DNA of 63,746 nt, counting the filler, from Reticulomyxa filosa (lineage: Eukaryota; Protista; Foraminifera): NCBI GenBank assembly GCA_000512085.1. It is 25 parts of 25 records of this genome, joined end to end, with 100 filler letters (N's around TTAATTAATTAA, not from the genome) between each part and the next. Parts side by side here need not be neighbours in the genome. Positions count along the whole stretch, not along the records: positions 47,759 to 55,815 come from ASPP01005985.1; positions 55,916 to 56,927 come from ASPP01029539.1; positions 57,028 to 60,127 come from ASPP01026188.1; positions 60,228 to 61,852 come from ASPP01026890.1; positions 61,953 to 63,746 come from ASPP01021771.1; 20 more parts are not named here. One strand, given 5' to 3'. Under the pieces are notes generated by a model. That model saw only the letters and a list, made by a program, of their open reading frames with translations, ran no database searches and was not told the DNA's origin. Below, piece after piece: positions 52,124 to 63,746 of the stretch (position 1 is its first letter; every line of letters begins with the position of its first letter). Position numbers and translations under genes: made by a program.

Positions 52124-55100
52124 CTACAACACCAGTTGCCACTCCGTCATTATCGCCGCCTTTCGAAGGTTGCACCTCCACTTGTTGAAGTGATTTTGGA
52201 TTGAACTTGATATCATCGCTTTGCTTTTCACTTTTTCCAATTTCTTCAAGTATCTCTTCTTCATCATCACCTCGACCCCGATCTCGATCTTTACTTCCAT
52301 TTTTTTGTAGTTTTCTTGTTCTTCTTCGTCTTCTTCTTCATCCTGGAATTCTTCATATTCAAGTATTTCTTCTTCTGCTTCCTCTTCAATGTCCAAATCG
52401 CTTGCGTGTCGGTCGAGATGCACTTTGGATAAGTCCAAGTTCCCGATTATGGTTGGCTTTGTCCCCTTTTCCATTTTCACAAAATAGTGGGGATAACCTT
52501 CCATTCGAATAAAGTTTTCCTCGTCGCGTAACATCAAATCTCGATAGTCGAGACGCGTATTGGGTACGCTCGTGCGATAAATGTCGTTGCTGTTACTGCC
52601 GCGTAGACCGCAATTTTTTCCTATCCATGACCTCTGTTGAACACAACCACGCGAGTTCGTGACGATTACGCCAACTTTTTTTGTTTTTTTTTTTTTTTTC
52701 GCTTTTTTTTTTTAAAAAAAAAAAAAGACAAATAAAAATAACAAAAATATAAACATTCAAATAACTTTGGTTTCTTCATCCCAATTGGACTGCAACACTG
52801 AGTTTCTGGCAATTTCGCACAAATCAATGGAAGACAGATTAAACACTTGGGCACATATGGAATACTCTTCCAACAATGCGTCTTTGGTGTAGCTATTCCA
52901 ATCATGTGCAAAAAGTGTTTGCATTAACTATGAGAACACACAAAGTTATGTAAAAAAAAAAAAAAAAAACAAAACGAAACTGAATCAACAATGGGTCGTC
53001 GGTTGACAACGCCACATTCAAACCTCTTTTGAAAAAGCTTGGAAATGGGTTTTTGTTGTATTCACAAACTAATATATTGTTTGATAGTGGTGACACGGAA
53101 ACACCAATCTAGTTATTGTGATATTACTTTATGGTTTTTTTGTTTTCTTTTCAAGTTTAGTTCCCCCCTCCCTCCCTCCTTTTTCTCTTCAAGTTGTCAT
53201 ATTATGTTCTGACTGATGCATACACTTGAAAATACCTGATCTAAATAGTATAGATACTGCAACACAGGCGATCTTTTCAACAATATGCCATGGCTGACAG
53301 AATGGGCTTTTGTTTTATTTTGTTTATATTCCCCTCTTTCTCTGTCCAACATTGATATGAATATAATATTTATGCGATATGTTTGTCGGAGAAAAATTTT
53401 TTTAATAAAAAAAAAAAAACAAGTACCCAAAAGATAAGCTGAAGCGAGATGATCAATACTTCCCGCCTCACCACTATGTGGTCGGAATGCAAATGTATTC
53501 ATTCCTCGTTCTTCCCTCAATTTATTCAATTTCACAACGTTTGCCCACAAATAGTACTGATACATACTATGTTCGTCACACAAACACAACCAAAGCACTT
53601 TCATGTTTTATTGGTTTGTTTCCCTTTTCTTGTTGCAACGTAACATATATGGAGGATTCGATTCGTTGGTCCAATCGTCAGGGTCATAACGCTTGCCGAT
53701 TCGTGAATCGTGCACTGATTCATCATCTACACTATCAAACCCGACTACCGTTTGCAAAAATTGATGCAACTATTTGCACGCATAATACCACATTATATAT
53801 TTATTTTTCTCATTATTAATCATTATTATTATTATGGGAAAAAAAAAAAAACAAACTGCAGGATTCGAACTCGGATCAATAGTGACTTGAAACAAAGGCA
53901 AAAAGATGTTTTCCAACATTTGACCAAAAGATTGCAATAACCCACGAGAACGATAGACGTGATATAATCGTGGTATTTGGATGACCCATCGTACATGTTC
54001 GGATTGTAATTTGTATTGGCAAATCCATTCTGCCAACATTTGCCATTCTTCTGACTTTGTTCCGTAAATGGACAAACGACTCTCCAGTTTGGTATACTTG
54101 CTCCAATCCAAGTCCGCAAACACTTCTTGCGTTAACTCTGCAAAATAACGTCCCTTTATCACATTGTCCACTTCCAAAAAGATCTGTCGAAATTCAGATA
54201 GTCCCACGGGGTTGTATTTTAAGCTGAATTTATCAAACCTCTCGAATGTGCTTCGTTCCGCATGTCTTTGTGTGTGTGTTTGTTTATGTATTAGAATAGA
54301 GAAATTGCAAGGATATAACAAAAAAGGGGAAGCAACATTTCAAAAAAAAGACTCTTGTGTAACACTTTGGAAGGAAAAAAAAAAAACTTAGATTTTGTTT
54401 AATTTGTGCGTATTCTGTTTTGTGTCGTGTATTTTTCTCTCCACTCAACACGTCCAACAAAGTAATGGATAAATCATCCGGACTAATGCCAATATTGTCA
54501 AATACCTCTTTCAAAGTATGACTCTTGCCATTTTCATCCTTTGTCACAACTGTGTCTGGCTCTTTCCTTAATTTGTCACGCATGAATGACAGCAAATGTT
54601 TCTGATTGTCCAGTATAGATTGTGTAAATACATATATTTGTGTCTTATATCTACTTTACTTCCAAAAAAAAAATAAATAAATAAATAAATTTGATTGACA
54701 CAAATAAATCAAAGTTGGTCCAAAAGTATAAAGAGCAAGTGGCGTCGATCTACACAAAACTTGATGCATACACGCGGAATGATGAACATGATTATCGACT
54801 TTTCGAATGTTATACAAGTCCCTGTAAGGTACCTGTCGACATTCCTTCAATTCGATTTCGTCGTTTAGTAGCAAGTGCATATCAAACCGCGCTTCTAGCA
54901 TTTGCAATCGCCGATAGCCTTTCATTTCACCCATCAAAAGCAAAGAGATCCATTTTTTAAAAAGTAATATATAAATAAAGCACTTTTTAATGTGGGGCGT
55001 AGAGTGTGGAGTGTGCAATGTGTATGTGTGTTGTACGTATGTATGTGTCCAGTGTGTGGACTTGATTGATTACAGAAAAAAAAAAAGGAGAAGACATAGA

Positions 55101-55680
55101 TAAAGAGAAGAAAGAAGAAGAAGAAGAAAAAAAAAAAAATCACATACACAGCGTCTTGGCAGGACCAAAAGTGGTCAAGGACATTACATCGTTGACATCT
55201 TGTAAAAACTCGGAAAAAGTGGGAATTTCTTCAAATTTCAGTTCTGGCTCTTGCGTGGCCATATTCAGCACATGTGCGGTGCCATGTTTGAATTTGGCAG
55301 TCCATTCGTGCAACAGACTTTCCGGCAGGTTTTCGGTCACTTCGTCCAATTGGACATCGCTTTTCAAAGCACCTTTCATTTTAATGTCCATGTTTGCATG
55401 TGTTTGTTTGTAACCCTCGCGTAGGCAACATCACTCACTCCCTTTTTGTCATCTCCTCCCTCTTTTGCCCCCTCTTCAAATAGACATGTGTTTATATGCG
55501 TGGGCCCCCCCCCCATGGGTGGGGTCCAAGCCAACCGACTGACAAAAAAAAAAAAAAGATAGAATCAATTGCATACCAACATGTCCTCGATATATCTCTT
55601 TCATTGGTCTGTAGACATACTTGCAACGCAATCGACGGCAATGATCAATTTTCTTACAAGCTTCCACGCGATTGAGGTTC
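52124..55680 (-). CDS. AMPD: AMP deaminase, multi-exon, 5' truncated, with long C-terminal extension
   Basis: [10 protein letters not shown] (Zn HxH), [71 protein letters not shown] and [11 protein letters not shown]. Confidence 0.96.
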
Positions 55681-55783
55681 CTTTTTTTTTTGGTTTGTTT
55701 TGAGTGCACAAAGGGGGACAGATAGGACATAAAAAAAAAAATAAAAAAAAGATGTTGTTCAATTCGGTGGCCAAGATAAACGA

Positions 55784-55815
<32 letters not shown>

Positions 55816-55915
55816 NNNNNNNNNNNNNNNNNNNNNNNNNNNNNNNNNNNNNNNNNNNNTTAATTAATTAANNNNNNNNNNNNNNNNNNNNNNNNNNNNN
55901 NNNNNNNNNNNNNNN

Positions 55916-56900
55916 TTGTACCCCTTTGAAACGGACAAAACCGTATTACAACTTCAAGCCGAATGTTTAAGAGATGGCAGATTAGGACGACATACATTCT
56001 TATATTGTGTTGCGTTGGTACATTGTAGTTCTGTTGAACTGGTCAACCAAACGAGCGAAAAAACATCACGTGTGATATGGTCAGATTGGCACAATGGAGA
56101 TGAACGTGAACAACAGGCATTTAAAGATTTAAAACGATGCAACAAAAATTTGAATAAAATTATTACTTATGCAAAAAATTACACAAAAACAGGAAATTCT
56201 AAACATAATATAAAATAGAAAATGTCAAAAATTTAATACGATTTTTAGAAATTGATGATTAATCGAATAAACAGCACAATTTAACTCGTGCCATGAAAAA
56301 AGATAAAACAAACGAATCCATCAAACGAAAACTTTTTATTACAAAACTGTATTTTAACAAAAACTAAGTGTTTTCACTAAAATACCTACATTTTTAATAT
56401 TCCAAGTAATTGTATGATCTGAATGTTTTGTTGCTTAATTCAAGCATTGCAGATTCAAACATATCGAGATACTATACTAACCCAAACCATGATCAAAAAC
56501 TTAGAAAGCCTGTCTGATAAGCAATGCCAACAAATGTTTGGACCAGATTTGTTTAGAGTTTTTCCAAGTTTTCTGGAGCCCGTCGCAACTGGTATAACAT
56601 CACATAATAATATATATAATAATACATACAAACACAAGCAAACTTCTCTGTAGGTAACAAGTGTTTATTTGAACGAAATATGATTTGTTTGATGGACTTC
56701 CAAATACTTATAAACAGCAATTAACAACCCAAGCTCGAAAATTTGCTCAAAAAATACATGCTCCATTGGTGTATTGCTCGTCTGCTAAATCAATAAATAT
56801 TGCTACAATTTTTCAAGTAATTATCATCAACGTGTTTAATATGGCCACTAAAGTTAAATAGTTCCACAATGAATTAACTGAACCTATTTTGGAATACAAT
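55916..56900 (+). pseudogene. Fragmentary unknown gene remnants
   Basis: Short coding-like ORFs (55916-56218, 56423-56653) broken by stops; no motif recognised. Confidence 0.25.
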
Positions 56901-57791
56901 CCTCAAGTGATATTAATTTTTTTTTTTNNNNNNNNNNNNNNNNNNNNNNNNNNNNNNNNNNNNNNNNNNNNTTAATTAATTAANNNNNNNNNNNNNNNNN
57001 NNNNNNNNNNNNNNNNNNNNNNNNNNNAATAATAATAATAATAAGAGCAGTAGTAATGGCAACAAGTATAGCAATTCTAATACATTCTCTTTGTAGTTAA
57101 ACCAGAAACATTGCAAGTATTGAGCCACACAAAGTATCGTTTAGCTGGTTGTCCCTCTATTGTGATGGACCGCCATTTCCAACGTCATTTTGGACCAAAG
57201 ATCTGAAACTGTAGCTTTCCTCAAAAGACGAAAGAAAGGAGGAGTATGTACTCGATTAACAAAAAGTCTGTTTTATTTGTTTGAGGAAAGCAAAGACCTG
57301 TTGGTTGCAATTGTAATTTGTTGTGTTTTTAGCTCGATATTAGCTGAAAATTATTTGTTTAAATTTTTTTTATTCAACTGACAATATTTTTAGTCGCCTA
57401 AAAAGATTTGCACAATATGTTGTGATAGTTTCCAATCATATATTTTGAGCACCAACCAATTCAGCATTGGAAACATTGTATTTTCTGTTACAAGAAAGCT
57501 CCATTGCTGAAATTAATATTTTGACCATTTCATGGCCATTGGATCTAAACAACCTCTTCCTAGCATAGACCCTGGTTTCATGATAAATATTGTTTTTGCT
57601 GTCGATTTCTTTCACAAGTGACACCCAAAACTTTAAAAAGGCTATTGGTATACAGCGTGGTCTCATGACCAAAAATTCAACTAGTGTTTTTTCTTGTTGT
57701 TTCTGTGACCTGACGGGGAGTGAAGAAGAACAAAGAAAAAAAGGAAAAGTTTGTCACCAAAAAAACTAAAAAATAGCAAAAAATATAAAAA

Positions 57792-59271
57792 ATGGCAGGA
57801 AGACGATTGCAAAGTGTATTCTTTCAAGCAAAGTCATTTAGCAGACGAGCACAGCTGGGCCTATTGCAAGGACATCATAGCCGAAAGAATGCAAGTTGGT
57901 TGGTGTCAACGCGACCGAAATTTCAGAATAAAGTGATGACATGGTCAGTGCGCCATATAAAAGTGACGAAAGTGCCGAACATGGGCGATTCGATAAGCGA
58001 GGGCACATTGGTGGAGTGGACAAAGAAGGTAGGCGACTACTGCAAAGTGGACGACGTCGTGGCAGTGATCGAAACGGATAAAGTGTCGATCGACGTACGA
58101 ACAGACGTGGCGGGCGTGATTACCGAGCATTTAGCAGCAGTGGACGATACATTGGAAGTGGGCGCGCCATTATTTAAAATCGACCCCGCTGCAAAAGCGC
58201 CCGAAGGCCAAGCAGCACAGCCAAGCGCATCAGGCGCCAAGTCCAAAGACCAGGCACCCGCAGCGGCAACAGCATCCAGTGGAAGTGGTGATAAGAAAGG
58301 AGGTGTGGCCACAGCCAAATCAGAATCGAAACCCGAGCCCAAGGCAGAATCGAAACCAGATGCCAAAGCAGCTCCTGCAAAACCATCACCGTCGTCCTCA
58401 TCATCATCGTCGTTGTCATCAGGCGGAAAGAGCCGTGAGGAAAGACGTGAGTCAATGTCTCGGATGAGACAAAGGATAGCACAGCGATTAAAGGAATCGC
58501 AGACGAGGGCAGCGTCATTGACCACGTTCAATGAAATTGACATGAGTGCATTGACAGCAATGCGCGCCAAGCACAAGGACATATTCTTGGAAAAGCACGG
58601 CGTGAAATTGGGATTTATGTCCGCATTCGTAAAGGCCAGTGTGAGTGCGCTGAGGGAACAGCCTTCCATCAATGCCTATTTTGACGACGAACGCAAAGAA
58701 ATTGTCTACCACGACTACTGCGATGTCAGCGTTGCCGTCGCTTCGCCCACTGGACTGGTCGTTCCTGTTATTCGAAATGCCGAGATTTTGTCCTTTGCTG
58801 GCGTTGAAAACAGATCCAAGAATATGCCAACAAAGCCAAAAAAAATACTCTGTCTTTGGAGGAAATGTCCGGAGGCACGTTCACCATTTCCAACGGAGGC
58901 GTCTTTGGCTCGCTCATGGGCACGCCCATTTTGAATCCTCCTCAATCGGCTATTCTTGGAATGCATGGAGTCTTTGAGAGACCTGTGGCCATTGATGGAA
59001 AAGTGGAAATTCGACCAATGGTATTTTTTTTTCATATATGTGCTCCATTTTCTTGCTATTATTTTATATAGCAAAGACCATATCTAGTCGCAATCTTATA
59101 TTTTGTATATAATATATATGTGTATGCAATTTTTTTTTTGTTGGCTTTGAATAGATGTTTGTTGCGTTGACTTATGATCATCGCATTGTGGATGGCAGAG
59201 AAGCTGTTCTCTTTTTAAGAAGAGTCAAAGACACCATTGAAGATCCTCACCGCTTACTTTTGGATTGTTGA
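57792..59271 (+). CDS. DLST: Mitochondrial 2-oxoglutarate dehydrogenase E2 (dihydrolipoamide succinyltransferase), 2 exons
   Basis: Arg/Ser-rich targeting peptide, lipoyl motif [37 protein letters not shown] and, after the intron, [14 protein letters not shown]. One missing A at 58807-58810. Confidence 0.96.
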
Positions 59272-59879
59272 TTTATTCACCTCTTTCCCATTTACTTTGG
59301 TTCAACTAAACGTTTTTTGTTTTTTTTTTGTTCGTACCAGTTGAACAAAAAAAATAAATGAATAAAAAAATCTTTTTAATGGATAATTAGAGTGACAGAA
59401 ATTGAAAATGATCCATTGCCAAATAAATTGGCAAAGCAAAATTTAGGTGACTACCAAAGCTTGTACTTTTGTTTATTTTTTTGCCCTTTTTGTTGTTTTG
59501 TTGCACTTTTGACAAAAAATATTAAATCGTCATGTGCATCCTTGCGTAAAAATAATTCTCCTTTTGGCAGCTCAAATTGTTTTATGGTATAACAAAGGGT
59601 ATGTCCTTTTTTTTTAGCAGCGAGGTATACGATAATGGCTCATTTGTTTTTAACAAATTGACAAAAAAAAGATTCACTTTTGAAATTGATTTTCAATTGG
59701 ATCGGCCTCTCTTTTTGTTTGACGAATACTTATGTATTTGATTTCGCTATTAGTAACAAACAGTTGTGGAGTTGCAATAAAAACCTCATCAAAAAAAGAA
59801 AATAGAATGCACTAATAGTTGCATGGTTAATATGTGTTTATAGACACCGAGAGGAAGGAAGAAAAAAATAAGCAAAAAG

Positions 59880-60127
59880 CTATTCAATCAAATATTGTTT
59901 TTTTTCAGAAAAGTCTTCCATTCCAATTTTTAAAGCATGCCGAACTCTAGAGTCAATACCAACATCGTTGGACTTGTCGAAGGGCATTTCCCCTTCTTTG
60001 TTTCGAATGAATGGATTGGCATTGTGAATAAGTAAGCTCTCCACTTTAGATTTTTTGTCTTCATCATTCAGCATCCAGCCAGTCAAGCAACGGTGCAATA
60101 CGCTTTCTCCATTTTCTGAAAAAATAT
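59880..60127 (-). CDS. Ankyrin-repeat protein, last exon
   Basis: NGESVLH...VESLLIHNANPFIRNKEGEMPFD. Confidence 0.7.
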
Positions 60128-61077
60128 NNNNNNNNNNNNNNNNNNNNNNNNNNNNNNNNNNNNNNNNNNNNTTAATTAATTAANNNNNNNNNNNNNNNNN
60201 NNNNNNNNNNNNNNNNNNNNNNNNNNNTATTATTATTATTAGTTATTTGTTATTATGTTATTGTTATTATAATTATATTGTTAAGTTTTTTTTTATTTTA
60301 TTTTTATTTATATAAATGGCGGCGCAAGTATAGTAATTGATAGTAAGTTAAGTTATATATACACTTTATATTGTTTGTTTTTTTTAAAATATAACTATTT
60401 TCATTAGAATAAGAGAAAAAAAAAAGAATATTTGAAGGAATAGTGCAATGTGCTTGGCCTTGATTGCTGCTTTGAGGACAAGATCGGATCCAGATTGCAT
60501 CCCCAGTTTTAGAGTTGCGTAAGTAAGTTCTTGTGTCCAATTTCTTCTTTTCAAAAAACAGAACAAAAAAAAAAAAAAATAGAGTTGGTGTAAAGCAAAC
60601 GGCTTTGGAGAGTATATCGATTCATTATGTGCCCAATGAATTAAATCAGAAGACCAATTAAGTGCATTGGAAACAACAAAAATAGCGGCGTTATCATGAC
60701 TATTGAAGTCAGCAAGAAATTTGAAGCAGCTGTTGAATATTTATCTGAAGGAAAAGCTAAATCAAATGTTTCGTGTTTTTTTTGCGATCATGTGTGGAGG
60801 AGGAGGAAAAAAAACAGATACGAGCAACAACAACTCCAAATTCACAGAATGTTATTGATCGTGAGTATAAACAAGATCCAATGTTATCAAATAGAGATAT
60901 ATCAGGGTATGCACAGAGTAAACGTGGTCGATATATACAATCACCGAAAGTTATGTCTTTAGAGCCGTTTCACAATCTTACCTAATAAAACAGCAACAAC
61001 AAAATGTGGTATGTTGTTTGTTTAAAAAAAAAAGTAGAATCCCCGAATTAAAACAGATGATGACAAAAAAAAAAAAG

Positions 61078-61852
61078 GTGAAAGCAATTGTAATTGGAGT
61101 AACATGAGCAGGCAAGACAATTTTTGATCAATTTGTTTTATGTCTGGTCCAAGGGGCTTCAAAGAATGCAAGATATTGACAAAAGTGTTGATTCCTACAA
61201 GATATCTTCCTAGAATAGCAAAATCCCACACAGAAATGGATTCCAAATGTCAAAACAAGAGCCAAACCCAAGGATACACCATGTACGAATTTGACCTTTG
61301 CGTACGAGTCGACATTGTACAATTTGAAATTTATGGACACTCCAGGTTTGGGTGATGTGGAGGGGATTGAAAAAGATGACGAACATGTTCAAAACATTTT
61401 AGATACAATTTCGAAGACTCCAGAGTTAAACTCCATCGTCGTAATGATCAATGGCGCAACGATACAAGAGTAAGTTGTCGTTTGACGTATGTGATAACCA
61501 AACCTAATTGGAATGATTCCAAACATTTGTCAACAAAATTTGATTGTATCCGGCCAAATTTAGATATAAAAATCCTTTTTAGCACTTCGATACCTGCCGA
61601 ACATGTATTTTACATGAACAATGAGATATTTTCAATCGACCCAAAAAACAGCAATGAACGAGATCAATTTCCTGTACAAGACTCTGAAAAAAAAAAATGA
61701 AAAATTTCTTGGATACATCAAGCGACATGAAGATCATGGACACTAGCGAATTTAGAAAACCCAAGGAAAAAAAGGTACAGCTTCAAAAATCAATTGATGC
61801 TTTTGCAAAAAAAAAATGTAACGAGCTCACAGAAGAAAAGCTAAGAATATCC
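61078..61852 (+). pseudogene. TRAFAC (AIG1/septin-like) P-loop GTPase pseudogene
   Basis: G1 AIVIGVT*AGKT (stop in P-loop), G2-like SQTQ, G3 FMDTPGLGD; multiple frameshifts. Confidence 0.7.
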
Positions 61853-61952
61853 NNNNNNNNNNNNNNNNNNNNNNNNNNNNNNNNNNNNNNNNNNNNTTAA
61901 TTAATTAANNNNNNNNNNNNNNNNNNNNNNNNNNNNNNNNNNNNNNNNNNNN

Positions 61953-63746
61953 AGAATAATAAGAACTTCCTAAACTATCATATAAAGCAGCAACATTAGG
62001 ATGACTATTTCCAAAAATACTCAAATAAATTTGTAATGCTTTTTCAAAATATTCAATTGCATTATCATGTTGCTTATTTTGCTTATAGAAATATCCTAAC
62101 ATTTCATATGCTTGAGAAATATCTTCTTGATCTTTTTTAAAATTGCTTAATCTAATTGTTAATAATTTTTTACTGTATTGTATAGCTTTAATATATTGTC
62201 GTTTACTACTATTCACAACTGCTAAATACACATTTATATTATCCACCCAAATATGATTTATTCCAAAAATATCCAAACTTATTTTTAATGCCATTTCAAA
62301 ACATTCAATTGCTTCACTGTATTTTTGCTTATCATTATAAATAAACCCTAACAAATTATATATAATAACATTAAAAGGATGAATAAGCCCAAATATATTA
62401 ATAAACAATTGTAAATTTTCTTGAAAATAATTAATTGTATCATCAAATAGTTTTGTTTTAAAACATTGTTGTTCATTTTGAAGATGTTGAAGTAAAACTA
62501 TAATTCCATGATGTATTTTTGTTTCCCATTGAATTGGCATAATGTATTGTTTTATATTTGTATTAATTTTTGTTTTGTTTGTAATATAAAATTGTGTTGA
62601 AATATTCACTTTTCCATTACATTGAATTTCACAATCGATAGCATATACATTTCCATCAATATTTATATTATCATCTAATATTATCAATTTTCTTTTTATT
62701 ACATATATCGTATATTCTCCAATTTGTCGTTTTTCAATATTATCATCATTATTTATCAACATAAGAAATGAACTATCGAAAGTATTTTTAGCTACAATAA
62801 TTAAACCATGTCCAAAATTATGGAGTAATTTTTTTACTATTTTTGCTGCTTTTGCATTTGATTTTATCCAATCTTCATTACTATGTTTTGTAAAATCTAA
62901 AGTATTTATATTATTTTCTTTTACGTGTAATAATTTTTCTTGTTGATGATTTTTTTTTATTTGTTCATTTTGTCTTTTATTCGACCATATTTCTAATTTT
63001 GTTTTCTTATGTGTCATTACAATATCCTTTTTATCATTTTTACCTCCGATAATATGTATATATGTGTTATCATTATTTAATAATGCAATACAACCATATA
63101 ACGGAATAGGCAATGTATGTTTTAATTTTATCCATTTTTTTTCATTTAACAAATATTTATATACATTATTTGAAACAATTTCCTTTGAATCAATACAAGT
63201 CTTTAATCCACCAAAAAATAAAATAGAATTACTGACACATAAACACGAATATTCATTAAAAGATAAAATATCATCAAAAGGAGATATTTTATGAAATTTA
63301 AATGTATTTGTACCTTCATTATAATCAATGATTAGACCTATGTGTTTATAAAATAAATACATTCTATCTTTATAATATATATTTGATATAAAAGAGTGAT
63401 ATAATATCCAATCATAATTTGTTGGTAAGACATTGTGATTAATATATCGATATGAATTTAAATTATATACATCAATATTCCATGGATAATAAGTGATGAA
63501 TAATAAATGATTATTACTTCCACCAATTACTGCACGTACTCCTTCATAACTATCTGCATCTCTACCAATAATGATTGTGTTATTTTCATAATCAGTAAAG
63601 GGAATCCATTCATTATACTGTTTTGTATTGTCATTTTTAATTCTATTTGTATCATTCCAAACGCTTATATAATTCATAATTAATGTATGTTTTGAATATC
63701 CACCAAAAGATAACAAAGTAATTTCATTATTATTATTATTATTATT
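61953..63746 (-). CDS. Kelch-like propeller + TPR-repeat protein fragment (intronless, very AT-rich)
   Basis: GG-containing Kelch-like blades (LLSFGG, AVIGGS, LFFGG, HIIGG), then 42-aa kinesin-light-chain-type TPRs (AIEYFEKALQIYLSIFGNSHPNVAALYDSLG). Open at both contig ends. Confidence 0.85.

Noticed and set aside
52295-52312. Programmed -1 ribosomal frameshift controlling the AMPD-GNAT extension
   Set aside because: The codon phase (TAC AAA AAA ATG) does not give a canonical X XXY YYZ site. A sequencing error is simpler, though reads are needed to exclude it.
58037-58672. Long antisense ORFs (also 14703-15302, 19166-19792, 51595-52188)
   Set aside because: They are shadows of real coding exons on the opposite strand or run through introns.
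58801-58820. Programmed frameshift or pseudogenisation of DLST
   Set aside because: One missing A in a homopolymer of an otherwise perfect essential gene. The same deficit occurs at 34522 and 52300, and contigs end in homopolymers, typical of homopolymer undercalling.

Overview
This is not contiguous DNA. It is 25 short, AT-rich eukaryotic contigs joined by 24 identical artificial 100-bp spacers (44 N + TTAATTAATTAA + 44 N), so adjacency across spacers has no biological meaning. Many small GT-AG introns, contig ends at homopolymers, abundant pseudogenes and expanded WD40, Kelch/TPR and ankyrin families suggest a rhizarian protist, most likely the foraminiferan Reticulomyxa filosa (inferred from family signatures, not verified). 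Recognisable genes: dUTPase, WS/DGAT acyltransferase, UMP-CMP kinase, DAG kinase fragment, macrodomain protein, CENP-S/MHF1, TMEM184, transportin, sulfotransferase, RBR-type RING, choline/ethanolamine kinase, RAD23, AMP deaminase, a Paa1/AANAT-type GNAT, DLST, several WD40/ankyrin/Kelch-TPR genes, an RBM19/MRD1 pseudogene and fossil non-LTR retrotransposons. The best novelty candidate is an apparent single gene joining a catalytically intact AMP deaminase, through a ~500-aa disordered linker, to an amine N-acetyltransferase (49982-55680, minus). Other notable items: a macrodomain with three exon-encoded copies of an unknown motif, introns with A-rich rather than pyrimidine-rich 3' ends, and an inverted-repeat-bounded segment carrying gene fragments. 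All gene models were spliced by eye.
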